Shown here: positions 23,683 through 36,696 of the stretch, piece after piece
Layout: each line of letters starts with the position of its first letter
Position numbering within the stretch: position 1 is the first letter of the stretch
Origin: Narcine bancroftii
Lineage: Eukaryota
NCBI RefSeq assembly: GCF_036971445.1
Contig: NC_091479.1
Location: 95,852,001 to 95,916,000 of the forward strand
Reading direction: 5' to 3'
DNA length: 64,000 nt
Program-made: the position numbers and the translations under genes
The notes under the pieces: generated by a model
What the model saw: only the letters and a program-made list of their open reading frames with translations
Told to the model about the DNA's origin: nothing
The model's database searches: none

Positions 23683-26600
23683 CTAGAGAATAAAATAGAC
23701 TGTATTTAGAAATAGAAGATACTTTATACAGGTGCCTTGGTACTGTACCTCTGCAGTCGAACACGAAATTAACAAGGTAATTATTAGTGATCTGCTAAGC
23801 TAATTTGCAACCTTTTCCATTGCAATCATGGGAAATCAGTGAATGGATGAATTTCAGGACTTGTGAATTGTTAAGCTTGGAAAATATCCTGACCTTATAG
23901 CATTCTGTAGCATGAAGAGTATGATTTTAACTATGCACAAAGCCTTAATCAATGCTTAATATGGACTCACTCCTTGAAAAAGATACCATTTTGTTTTGCT
24001 GATTGAAACTCATTGATAAAACAAAATATAGCGGATTTTAAATCATGTTTATTCATAAATTTGGTTTCATCATATTAATCTCTTGTGAATATTTCACACT
24101 CACTGAACTAAAGTGTGAAATTTTACTTTTTAATTCCTGACCAGCTCACATTGATATTTCTTCAATATTATTGGCTGCTGAGTCAACCTGTTGAAAACCA
24201 GGAATGCCTAAAATTGATACCTGACAGAAAATCATGAAGAAAAAGGATAAAAGTTCCCAAGATATCTTTGTGGGCGGGTTCTTCGAACACAGCATGAAAT
24301 AGTGACCACCACCTCTGTGCCATTAACAATTGAGGGTACAAACATGAGCCCAGAAATCTTTTTTTAAATTTTTCAACTGCATTATACAATTGAATTTCTT
24401 GGTGATTCATTTATTTTTGTATGTGTAGAGATATGGTTATTCTCAACAAAGGGCATGAAGTAATCTAAAATTTATGAAAGATCATGAAAAATAGTTTTTG
24501 GTATAAAAATAAATTCTAGGTTTGTCAATTTCTGGAAACTTGGGCAACTAACATTGTGGATTCAGATGTGGCAATCTTACCTAATTTTCCATGATAATAA
24601 TAAATGTTTGAAGCAATTATTATTATTTTGACTACATATACATCAGGCATAACTGTGATATTCATCCAAAATCTGGCTGCATTTTGCAATATTAATATTT
24701 TTACACTATCCTTTAATTGGTAAAGGGATGAAACTTTCCCAGTGAAGCAACAAGCCATTGTTGAAAGTAACTGACACAGACATTATCTAAGAAATAAATC
24801 AATAAGTCTATTATGAAGTTGTCTGGTTACAGGTTGGTTCTGCACTGTTAATTAAGACATTCAATGAAACTTGATTAATTAATTAATATCTATTTTAATA
24901 AATTCTAATTTAATAAAATTCTATTTTAATAAAACAGGCACAACTAATTGTAGTAGAAACTGATTTTCTGATTAATCACAGAGCACTATAACAGAGGAAT
25001 TACTTAAAAAGTAAGATAAGATAATCTGCGGATGTCATGGTTGAAGTAAAAACATGATGCTGGAGAAACTCAGCAGGTCAAACAGTGTACATATTATAGA
25101 AAAGATAAAAATGAGCCCTTCATCAAGGTGAGATGAAATTATAGTTATCCATCTTTATCTTTGCTATATAAAAGTAAAAAGAATTGCTTAAGGTGATGTG
25201 TGAGTGGGGACAAAAAAGGTTGAGAACCACTGATCTAAGTGGTAGGTCTCATTTTATAAAAATAAAATGCAAATATGTGCTCACTTGGACAAATATTTAA
25301 ATTTTAAAACTAAAAAGTATTTTGTACAGATTTATAACTCTTTGTTTTATTGGATCCTATGCCAAGTATCCCTTTTGGTCCATATTTTAATGTTAGATCA
25401 CTTCTTCCCCCTCTCCCCTCAATTTTTGGAGAGTTGACCTCCTGCCCTTAAATCTGCACCTTGTACTTCATGTATAATCTTAATATTTATCACTCAGAAT
25501 TTGTTCTCTCTAACGGACAGATCACTCTTTCAACTTCCAATCCTCTGGATGCTTCCATCTGTTCATAATGCTTCCACCATATTCTTTCCTAAGCTTCCAC
25601 TATATTGGATCACACTAAATTCTGCATGCCCCAAGGATGTTACCAAAATACACCTTTACATGGTTCCATGTTCCAACCCAATGCTATCCCTTCTTTTAGC
25701 TGAATTTCCATGTTATCAGACGGATCAACGCAACATTCGCTTAACTTTTGTTTCATTTATTGGCAGGTATCCCATTGGTCACTTTGCTTTTTCACTTGGA
25801 AAAAATCTAGTATACCCAGACTCTGAATCTTATAGCCAGAAATATTTATGTAACTGTTCCAGTTGAGCTTCTAGTCAATGATGACCCCCAAGGATCTTGA
25901 TGCCAAGCAAAGCATTATGCCAAACGTAGTGTTAGGTTGCCTCAGTCATGCTACAAAATCCTTCAAAATCCAGCTTGCTCATTCCATTCTGCAGTCATTT
26001 ATTTTGGCAGTGTCTCTACTATCAGCATGTTAGAGGGCTGAAAAGAACAGACAACAGAAAATTCCTCGAGCAGTGATTCTCAACTTTTTTTCTACTCACC
26101 TAAAATAATCCCTTACTAACTACAGAGCACATATGGCAAAGGGGGTCTGTGATTAATAAGGGATTACTTAAGGTAGCATCTGAGTTGGGGGGGGGGAAGT
26201 TTGAGAACCAACGTCTAAGAAGCATCATTGCTCTGTGCACTGTACACACAAATGCAAGTTCTTACTGGGATGTGGCAACCAAAAAACACTTGAACTTTTA
26301 GATGATGGATATTTAATCATGTGGCCAAAAAACAAACAAACAGGTTTTTGATCCATTGATTCATTAGTTTCTCCAGGTAAATAGGAGGCAGTTCTATGAT
26401 TAGTTAAATTAGGTCTGTAAAAGTCTATTTCATTTACGTTGTAATGAACTGCTCCCTGTGATGGTATTTAGCAGGATCCCTCCACAGAATGCGAAAGACA
26501 GGAGCTAAGACTTGCAAAAAGAGCTTTATTTATGGCCGAACGAAAGGGCACTTGACCCCCATCCAGGACTTTCTTAACATGGGCTGATTTGGAAAGTTCA

Positions 26601-27275
26601 TTGGTACTGTGAAAAATAGTGGCGAGGTCGCGTGTGGATGAAGAAAATGAAAGTGGCCATTGGTCATGGTCCTGTTGCCCATTGTACCCACGCCACCGCC
26701 ATGTAAGATGCTCTGTGGGAAAGCAGCAGCCCCATGAAAGCATTTCAGAGTCTCAGCTCATTAAACAGCCAGAATTTGATGCCTCACTTGTCAAGAAGCA
26801 TTCAGGTTTACAACGCAAGTTTTTAGTCATCGCAAATCTGAATTCACTAAACACCCGGTTTGACTTAAAGTGACATTTGCCTTTGGAAATCCAGTGTGAT
26901 TCCTCAAGAGGTCCACCAAGGTCTATTTATATATGTGATATTAATAAAGACATTCACACTTTCCTTTATAATTCTGCTGAATCAAATTGGTTAATTTATT
27001 CAAATGATTTATAAATAAGGATAATTTTCCCTAAGGGCAAATATTTCTACCAAAAAAATTACATACTATTGTGGGTTTTAAATAATGTATGACTTATTTA
27101 GTCATTGTGGAAATATGAAAAATGTAATTGAGAAGGCTTTTCACTGAAATGACAATACATTAACTGTCTGGCTGTAATGTGGCATTTGACATGGAACCAT
27201 TTTTAGACCACATGAAATCGTATTGCCACGGTATACAAACCAAATCAGGCATAGTGATGCAGCACAAAAACTTAC

Positions 27276-27371
27276 TTGGAAAATCAGTGGGGGAGACCCG
27301 CTGCTGACAGGACCCACCACAGCAAGCCAGAACAACCTGCGGGAAACTTGGCAGAAAACATTTGGATAAAG
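27276..27371 (-). CDS. DBX2: DBX2 coding exon 2 (96 nt, phase 1-1)
   Basis: Acceptor tatttcacag| and donor A|GTAAGT. Hand translation gives (A)LSKCFLPSFPQVVLACCGGSCQQRVSPTDFP(I), matching the recalled DBX2 motif ACCGGSC...TAFP. Phases fit exons 1 and 3. Confidence 0.92.
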
Positions 27372-29302
27372 CTGTGAAATATACAACAAAAATATGATCA
27401 ATATGATGTGCATTTCATCTAACCTACATGAAGAACAATTGTAGCTTAAAAAGTGATGCTGAAACTATCTGCATCCAATTGGGTCAAAAGACATGGCTTT
27501 TAAATGTATTCTGTAGTTTAGAAGTGGCTTGAGATTTGGTTTACTCCAAGTCAGCACAAAAAGGTTGATTCCTTCTTTGTTCTGCAGATAACGATTGATA
27601 AACCTCCAAAGGTTCCTTGTTTATTTTAAACAAGACCGTTTTTGGCATTTTAGATACAGAGTTCTTTAAGTTTATTTCTTAGCATAGAGGTAAAGGCAGG
27701 CTCGAAATGGAGCCGTTCCAGAACATTAAAGAGAACTGAAACAAACTTTAACAAAACAGGCATCTAACTCCTTTTAAATGTAGCTCTATAGAAATCTTGC
27801 AATTTGTTTTAATAATGTGAACTCGAACTATTGCAGAGGGAATCATGTGTTGCTTCACTTTACCACGTTTAGATTTTTTTTTCTGTTTAAACATACTTTG
27901 TCGAGGCAAATTTGACATTAAAACACCATTCGAATTTCCAAATCATTCAAATGATAGTTGCACATGGTTCACATCTTCCCCTGAATGATGATATGCGGAT
28001 TAAGAATTGCAGTTCATTTTTGTTCAGGAACATGAAATAAGCAAATAAAATACGATGTTAATTACAGCCATTTTTAACTTTTTGGCACCAAAGCAGACTC
28101 ATACTTTTTCAAGAAATAAAACTTGGCAACATGTATTTTTGCCACTGTCTCACCAGGTTGCTTTAACAGAAATGAATTGAATTTCACCTATATTGAACAT
28201 GCTTTGAATTGGTCTGTTAGTAATAATATTTGGAATACTGTTGGTCACATGGCATTGAACATTGTTACTGAATTGTCTCCAGTCTTATTGGAAAATATGG
28301 AATGGAGAACTTGGTTTTTTTTGTGTGTGGTAAATGCAAAAGCTCTCTGGCCACCCGTGTGATTTTCAGACATGTCCAATGTGCAATTGTGCAAGCAAGT
28401 CAGAGTGCCAAATGCACATTGTCTCAGATCAATGAGGCACAGGCTCGGGGCTTTTTAAACATACAAGTGCAAAAAGCTGGGCACAGACAGCATTTAATGT
28501 TGTTCCCATGGGCAACCAGGTAAATGTTTCAAGCTAAGGTAAGCAGAGGAAATGTCTCTCACTGAAGCTGAGTGCATCCATCCCACACTTTTATGATTGT
28601 TTCGCTTTTTATTTACATTAACATTTCTTCCAAATAATTTTTGAACATTTGTAATTGTTGCATGGGAGAAGAGATATTTTATTCAGTATAAACTTGAATT
28701 GTTCAAGGCTGCCTGAATGGAACTGTCATCAGTGGATTACAGAGAGTCAGGGCATGATATATCCACCACTTCCATTTCAATCTGATTTAGACATGTTAAA
28801 TTTGCACTATATTTTCAAAATTAAGGAGTATAACTTACAGGGGTTAATCATTTCATTCTGTTTTTTTTAAAGCATTAAACAGGCCTTTAAAAGTAGACTA
28901 AAAACACAAAGGCACCTCAATAAAATATAGCTAGATGAAGGGCTCAAGCCGAAAGGTTGTATTTTATCTTTGCTATATAAAGGACACTGTTTGACCAGCT
29001 GAGTTTCTCCAGCATCGGAGTTTTTAACTTCAATCACAGTGTCTGCAGATTTTCCTGTTTAAAAGTAGAGGATCATTGGGTGGGGGGGAAATAACATCTA
29101 AAACTTGGACGAATTGACCATTTATGAATATTAACGCATCCAAAAAGTTTAGTAGGAGTTATTTTAAAGCGGCAGCAACAAAAAAGGGGAAACATTTTAA
29201 TAAATGACAAGGGCGAACACAAGTCGCGGTTTAAAAAGCGCAGTTACAACTCGAGCATCCCAAATATCAACGCCTCCGAGATCCCCATCACAAAGTGCTT
29301 AC

Positions 29303-29630
29303 CTATTTCAGGACGTGTGACTGTTTGACTGGTGGAGGTGACTGGAGCTGGCTGGTTGTCTGAGGGGTTAACGAGCTGAAAGGAGCCTCTTGTAGGATGT
29401 GGACCTCCCGATGGGCCGATTTGTTCCGCAGTTTGGGGCATTTTCACTGGCACGGGGTTTGCTGGAACCGGCCGAAGCGGGGGATTCAAGGGGCCATTTA
29501 TCCGAAGCAAATTGTCAATGAGAAAACTCTTGCCCAAGCGGTGGAGCGCAGGGAGCTGAGGTGAGTTTAAAAAAGGTGGACCCAGCACCTCCCAGGACGC
29601 TGAGGGCGTTGGAATCAGACTGGGGAACAT
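29303..29630 (-). CDS. DBX2: DBX2 coding exon 1 (328 nt, phase-1 end)
   Basis: ATG at 29630 in the context ctcaccATG. Encodes MFPSLIPTPSASWEV...LGKSFLIDNLLR (eh1 Groucho-binding motif FLIDNLL, 29505-29525)...RPVPANPVPVKM, resembling the recalled DBX2 N-terminus (LGKSFLIENLLR, RPLPASPVPLKL). Strong donor G|GTAAGC at 29303/29302. Confidence 0.93.
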
Positions 29631-29960
29631 GGTGAGAGAAAAGAAAAATGCAGTGTGATGCTGAGACTGTCTTTCTTAATTTCGAAGGCAGCTGGAAATG
29701 GGCGTCCCTTGTGAAAGAGCGACTCCTCAAAATGTTAAAACTTTTGGAAGTGTCGAGCCTTTCCCTTTTTTTCAGTGCAGAATGTGTCGTGATTGGCCCG
29801 AAGGGTTACATGTGATTCTGCACTGGCTTTGGTCATATCATTCTCCAGGGAAGGGAGGTGTGTCCACTTCACCCCTCGCAGAGATGCATTTTTAACTCGA
29901 TGGGGACCTGTTCACTTAGATAATAAATAATAGGCATTGCATTAAAATGCAATGCAGTTT
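29631..29960 (-). promoter_or_regulatory. DBX2 5' UTR / proximal promoter region
   Basis: Repeat-free sequence directly upstream of the ATG, with a CCAAT box on the minus strand (29792-29796). It lies in a visibly CpG-retaining zone (~29200-32050). TSS not determinable. Confidence 0.55.
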
Positions 29961-32069
29961 CCCTGTTAATGGATACTTTTTTTAACACTTCTGGAAACAA
30001 ATCTCGTTTGAGTGCAGCTGGCGACGAATTTGGCTCGGATGTTCTATTTATAATTGTAAACCATGAATGTCTTTTTCCGATTTTTTTTCAATGTCTAAAA
30101 TCGAAAGAACCCCCCCCCCCCCCCCCCCCAAACCAAAGCAAGAACTCCGAGTTGGCCCAATGCTATCCCTGGAGAGAGCTCGAAGCGAATGAACAGGACA
30201 TTTGGTCAAGTTTGCTGAACAGTGGAGGGTTCTCACACCTCGCAGTGGTTACCTGCTTGACTCCTTTTCACCACCTCTCACTTCCTCACCCCAGAGATGG
30301 CAATTGGCTTGGTACTTTCTCTCAGCGGTCGTTTTCGTCGGGGGTTTTAAATGAAGAGTTCCAATGAAGAAAAACTATATTGGAGCATCACTTCGGTTTC
30401 CTTCAGCCCATGTGGCGAATACTCTCTTGCTTGCCTAATGCCAACTGTTATAGATAGAGAATTTGGGTTAAAAAGGGTTTAAGTTAAAATGGGATGATTA
30501 GTCATAAAAGAGGGCTAACCACTGGAGTTTAGCTGGAAAATGTTACAACAGACTAAAACAGATTTAACTACAGAGAGACATGCAGGAGCCAAAGATTGAT
30601 AAAGAGTGAAAAACAGAATTGGGTGTGAGCAGAGGTCATGAATGATGGTGGTGTGCGTGACTAACAGTAATCAGGATGATTCTGCAAAAACGAACCAATT
30701 AAAGCAGTGTAGTGGAGATGCCGAAGGACAAGCAAATTGTGTAAAAAACAATGCACTGTATGTATCGGGGCTCGACTTGGCAAGAAGCCGGTTGAGTCCA
30801 ACTTTGCAGACTTGAGAATAAAGCTTGTCGTGTCACCAATCTTAAAGAGACTCATTTGTGAGAATTTGTGTTTCTGACACCAACTAACATCAGAAATTAT
30901 TCCTATTTCATTAACTGACCGTGAGACATATGCCTTTATCATCATTTTAATCCTGGCCCCGGACCAACAATTCGACGATTTCACATTTCAATCTGCAAGG
31001 TTTTTAAAACGGCATTTAACAATTTTCATATAGATTTCTAATCTGTGAGATTCCAGCGCTGTCTTTAAAATAGCCTTGATGTGTGATGGTTTATTATTCA
31101 CATTTCTGCATTAGTTTGAAGTCCAAGCAAATTAGAAATTCTATTTAAAAGAAATATTGAAATAATGCAATCCTTTCGTTTTATAATTACGAGGATTCAG
31201 AAGTTCGTCAAAAGTTGGTGTACATTAAGTTGGGCATTTATGGAAATTTTTAATTGTCCCTCCACAAAAATTGGGAACTCGCCAAAAAAAAGATCCACCG
31301 CGAGTGTTGACGATCTTTTGGGGGGGGGGATAAAGAAAACCTGCAGACGAAAAGGCGCATTAAGTTGAAATGATCACATACAATCTCTTTATCACAAGCC
31401 GTCATTGTTGGGTACAAGTCTGCAGGTTGTGCGGCATTGGACATTGACGAGGGAGTTTTGAAGCGGTTAATTTGCCCGTTTACTCACCTTTATTTGCTGG
31501 GGTTTTTTTTTGCTTTTCTCATCCCTTCGCGTGGACACTTTCAGAGACCATTTGTGGCCGATCATTGCTTACATTTTGAGTTTTGCTTCTTGATCTGGTT
31601 AGGGTTAGGGTCGTTTAATGCTAATTTTAGGTATGATCTTCTGAGGGGTGCAAAAAGACACCGAGAAGTTGTATTTTTTAGGAATTTCAATTGAATAGCG
31701 AGATAAATCATTCCAATGATTTGTCTGTAATGATTTTCCCGTCCCTCCTGGAGGGAAGAGGGACCTAACCCTAACCCTAACCCTGACCGACCGCTTTCAC
31801 TGAAGTTTTCTGATCAGCCAAGAACCACATTCCATCACTAAAATTGTAACAATTTGTAAGTAGCAGAATGCCCACGGTTTTTTTTAAAAAAACCCAGAAG
31901 GACGAGGATGATGGGCGAAACCAGAAAGTTTGCAGATGCTGGGTTCGAGTTCAATGCATGAAACGTGCTGGAGAATCTCAGCAAGTCTCGCAGCGTCCGT
32001 GGGACGTAAACGATAACCAATATTTCGGGCCTCAGCTCTTTGATTAAGTCCCAGGCATTGTCCTTTCTT

Positions 32070-32680
32070 TTTTTATATATTTTATTTGTTTTAAGACAAT
32101 TCATAGTATAGGACTCAATTAATATAGTAAAAAATAATACATTGAATATAAAATCATAGAAAAAAAATAAGGTCTGAAAAAAATAAAGAGATTCCCTCTC
32201 CTCCCAATGCCCCTCCCCAGATTCAAAAGAAAAGGAGGGAAGAGAGGGAGAGAAAAAGAAAAAAAATAGAAAAGAAAAAGCAACAGGAGCAAGGTTTGAC
32301 ATCATTTTAAATGTATTACATTTTTAATAATTGATAAATATCAAAATAAATTATACAATCTGGGCATTTAAGTAATCTAAATAAGGTTGCCATATTTCTA
32401 CGAACGTACTCTATCTATTCCTAAGGCTCTAAGTAATATTCTCAAGGGGGATATAACTGCACATCCACGTGATCAATGTGAAGTAGGGAATCGGATTTCC
32501 ATGTTATTGCTATATATTTCCTGGCTATTGAAAACACAATTTTAGTAAAGTTAGATTTACTTCTGGAGAAGTTAACTTTTATAACTACCAAATTCCACAG
32601 AAGAAACAATTCCAGGTCTAGAGGGAAGTTCACCCCCACAATTTTTGTCAACACTTCCCCCAATTCTATCCAAAAGGTGG
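32070..32680 (-). mobile_element. L1/Tx1-type LINE 3' end
   Basis: ORF 32442-32663 FSIARKYIAITWKSD is an ORF2 C-terminal motif also seen in the + strand copy at ~41360-41945 (LAVARKCTAITWKSD). Confidence 0.75.
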
Positions 32681-35600
32681 GAGGGGGGTATCTTTATTTT
32701 CTTGGACACCTGGATCCTGCTGCATCTCAGAACTCTTCAAACTCTTTGCCATTTCAATTATATAATTATTCTTTTGAAGTGCCAAAATGAATAATTTCAC
32801 AATTTCCACATTCACCGTATTAGCCCAGTCACATAATCTATTTATATCCCTTTTGTCCTCTTCATAATCTCCTTTCCTATCAATCTTTGCTTCATCAGCA
32901 CATTGACCAACCAGTCCACAACATTTAAATACACTGTAAAATGGTGAAGAATCAGCACTAATCCTTGTGGTGTACCAATCTAAAAATCACTCTTTTCTGC
33001 CCACTCTTTTTTTACTGTTAGCCAACCATTCTTCTATCAGTGCTATCCTTGTACCAGGACATTTCATTATTTACATTAAACTAACACATGACATGTTAAT
33101 ACATTATGAATGTAAGCTTTAAAATGTTGACTTGAAGAAGGAAGTTAGCTACATTCTTTTATTTCTTGTTATCAGCTAGAGCTGATAAGGTCCTTATTCC
33201 ACAAGGTAGTAAAAGATGATTAACCATTGGGTAAGGGACTTGACCCTGATTAACAAATCCCAAGAGAATTCAAAGAAATGTGAACTTATATGGAGCAATC
33301 TGTTCAAAGCTAGGGGTCTTGAGGGTATAAATATGTGACTTGTGAGCCAAGAGGCAGCCTCTCTTGGGGTGAGACTAGCTGCTCGCGACAGTGCTTCTTA
33401 CTGTAATGAAGTTCTTCCGCTTTGCAAAGTGACTAAAATTTGTTTTTGCACCTGTTTTCGTGCTTGCTTTCAAGCAACCTCAGATCCACTTTAACAACAT
33501 ATGCTTTCCATAAATTTCAGTTAAGTCCTTTATTCTAATTTTGAAAGTGGATATTAAAATGTTTGTAAGTGTTAGGGTTATCATCTGAAATTTACTATCT
33601 AGTGCTGATATCTGTCTATATTTTAAAATGCCAGTATCAAATAGAACTAGGTAAACAATTGCAAACATTTATTGCATTACAATCCAAATAGTGGGACATT
33701 CAATAGGGAAATCCATGTGGACCATCTTACATCTACAACTTTTACATCTCACTAACATCCCAGCCACTGAAAAATTCTCCTGCCACTCTCCTATATTGGG
33801 GCAATTTGCAGTGGTCAATTAAGAAACCAACAAACATGCATTTGTTACCAGAGAGGAAACCAGACCACCTGGAGAAAATCCACATGTCCACAGAGAGGGT
33901 GTGCAAATAGCAGACCTTGGACTCAGAAATAGACCTAGGTATCTGCAGCTGTGAGGCACCAGCTCAAAATGCTGTGCCACGACAAAGAGACCTTGGAGTA
34001 TGTGTGCACAAGTTAAGAAATCATGCAGAATTTTGGGTTTTATTAGCATAAAAACTGGGTTGCCATCATGATAAAATAGTGGTCCAACCTCATCTGAAAT
34101 ATCGTGTCCATTTCTGATCATCACATTATAGGAAGGATCTGAAGAGACCAAAAATGATTTCCAAGAATTGTTCCTGGCAGTTAGAAAGATAAATTAGAGG
34201 CTATAATTTGGAGAAGAGAAGCCTGAGATTAGGCAGTGGGAGCCTGTTCCCATTGGTGACAAGGTGGAGAATTGGAGATTTTTTAAAATTTATTTTTAAA
34301 TTTTAACTATACTCATGTTGCAAGGTAACAAGCCCTTTTGTCTCATGAGCCTGTGCTGCACAAATACTACTAATCCCTGTATGTTTTGAAAGGTAGGAGA
34401 ACCTGGAGGAAACCCATGCAGATAAGGGGAGAATGTACAAACTCCTGACAGACAACGCCGGATTAGAACTCAGTCACTGGCACTGTTTTAGCGTTGCGCA
34501 AACTGCTATGCTAACTGTGCCACGATAAGATCACAGGTAAGAACAAAAAAGGTTAGAGAGTTATGTGAGGAAAATATGTAAACAGCATGTGGTTGGAACC
34601 TGGAATGCACTGACTGAAGATGTGATTCCAGCACAGCTCTCTGAGAGAATGGGGTAAATATACAGTGGGAAAAAAATAAATGTGCAATTCAAGAGTTGTT
34701 TTAGTAGAAAGCTAGCAGGGACTTAATAGGCTGAATGGTCTCATCCTGCACTGTTATCATTCCATAATTGCATGTTTTATATCACCCCTGCAGCTTTTCT
34801 GTATTTTGTTTTATTTTTCTCTACACTCGGCTTCCAGAATACATCACTTGTCAGTGTGATGTCCTCATGCGGATCCCACCAAATGATAATTAGTCTGACT
34901 TTTAAAAAACAGCTACTTTGTGAATTCTGAAATCAAGAATAAATTCTCGGGAAAACAAAAGGAAAATACTGTGAGGAAAGAAAAACAAAATACTTGAAGT
35001 TGATCAGGACTGTTCATTTGTAAGGTCACCAACTGAAGGGTCACTGAAGATTAAGAGATCAACTAAAGATACAGAAGATTATCTAAACTTTTGAACAATT
35101 ATACGAGAGATTTCCACTAGTTGGTGACTCCTTCCCAGAGGGTCCTTCCCCTTTTTGTGCAATCATGGGTCGTGAATAGCCTTAAAATGCTTTCTCAGCC
35201 ATTTATAAAATTAAGAAAATGCAGCACTAACTAAGGTTTAAAAAAAATCAAAACAATAAAGAAAAGAGTTTGGTTTTTTTAACTGTATAAGATGATGAAA
35301 GATATTATTGGAAATTATCATGGGAGCAATTCAAAAGTAGATTTTAAAAAGGATAATTACTTTAAAAATAAAATCTTAAAAAGCAATGGGGAACAGACAT
35401 GGGCATTTGAAAAAACCCTTTCAAAAGTCCTGACATAATCACAACAAAAAGCTTCTAGTTCAGTCATACATTATATGATTAACCTTTGATTAAATAGTTT
35501 ATATTTGCCTGATTCTATTTCATATTGATGTTGCTTATTTGTGTGGTTAATTTCATCTCTGCCTGGAATATTAATTATTTAATTTCACCTCAGCCAAGAA

Positions 35601-36696
35601 TATTAATAATTTTTTTAAACGCCTTAAATCTATTGATTTAACGTGGAAAATTTAAAATTAAAAAGATACAAAATCTGTGTCTCTGCTAGTGACTGTTTAA
35701 AAAAGTTTTTTCAGATGGAAGGATCAATGTCTGGGAGTGATTACAGGCAGTAATTTTAATTAAGAAAAGCACTCGATGTCGTAAACTGGCAAAGTGAGAA
35801 CACTTAGATGCTCTAACTATTAACTAAACTCTGCAATCAGGTGAACACTTTGAAATCTCTGTAGAATAAATTATTGACAACATATGTCAATTTAATTGTA
35901 CCTGTATATCACAAAGTTAATGCCTTTAGAATGTATCTATTACCAAGAAACAGCTAAGAGTGTAAATAACATTTTCAAATGCTTTCAAGGCCCTTGACAA
36001 ATAAAAAGGAATATAATTACTTAAGATTAATTGAGCTAATGCCTAGCTTAGCATAGCATGGGAAATGTTTTGCAAATATCTCATAAAGTATTATCTTTCA
36101 GTTTTGTTTTTGTTCTCACTTCTGGAAAGTAAAATAATTAATCTCTTGTAGAGGCCAACCCTCCTTCATTCAATGGAATGTGAAAGAAAACAGTTGCTTC
36201 TGTTAATGTCTATTCAGAACTAATTGATTTTTAACAGACTGTCCCAAATTTGATTTACTGATCTAAATATCTACTTGATATGAAACTTGGAGCCACAGTA
36301 AAAATCTATATTTCATTAATTCCCAGAATGGCTCCACATCCAAGGAATATTGCTACTATATATTACCATTTGATAATCATCCTTCCACTGAAATGAATTT
36401 CCATTTGGTATCCTTTATGGCTTTAATATGATTACAACATTTAATGTCGTTAGATCCAACCACAAAAGAAGTTGCCATTAGTCCCAGCTTTAGAGATTGT
36501 GCCCTCATAAAAGCAGTTTTAGCCACTGTTTGGGCACCTGACTCATTTTAATTTTTCTTAGCCATTCTTCTCTGTCTATTTCAAATCTCCTGGTAACCCA
36601 CTCTTTTTTTTTAAACACTTCAACTTATTTTCTGCTCTTCAATCTTGAATCCTACGGAAATTAGGTTGCTAGTACATCTTCCGAAACTTTACTCTT

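Noticed and set aside
25700-25766. Plus-strand AG...GT-bounded segment as an antisense or coding exon
   Set aside because: Weak donor (GTATCC), no recognisable peptide and no partner exons; cannot be supported without RNA data.
26468-26743. Minus-strand ORF as the missing DBX2 exon 2
   Set aside because: No DBX similarity. The real exon 2 is 27276-27371, in a different frame from the ORF listed at 27141-27413.
29244-29302. ORF-track extension of exon 1 (KHFVMGISEALIFGMLEL) and similar extensions of exons 3 and 4
   Set aside because: Intronic read-through beyond clear splice sites; similarity to DBX2 stops at the junctions.
21754-29630. Calling the gene DBX1 or HLX
   Set aside because: Exon 1 and exon 2 motifs (LGKSFLIDNLLR, ACCGGSC) and GILRR/SKTDRKK fit DBX2 better.
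33090-33472. Possible additional solo LTR (TATA-like gtataaat, ends ...tttca); likewise ~4905-5740 and ~48758-48900
   Set aside because: I could not define both termini or a TSD by eye.
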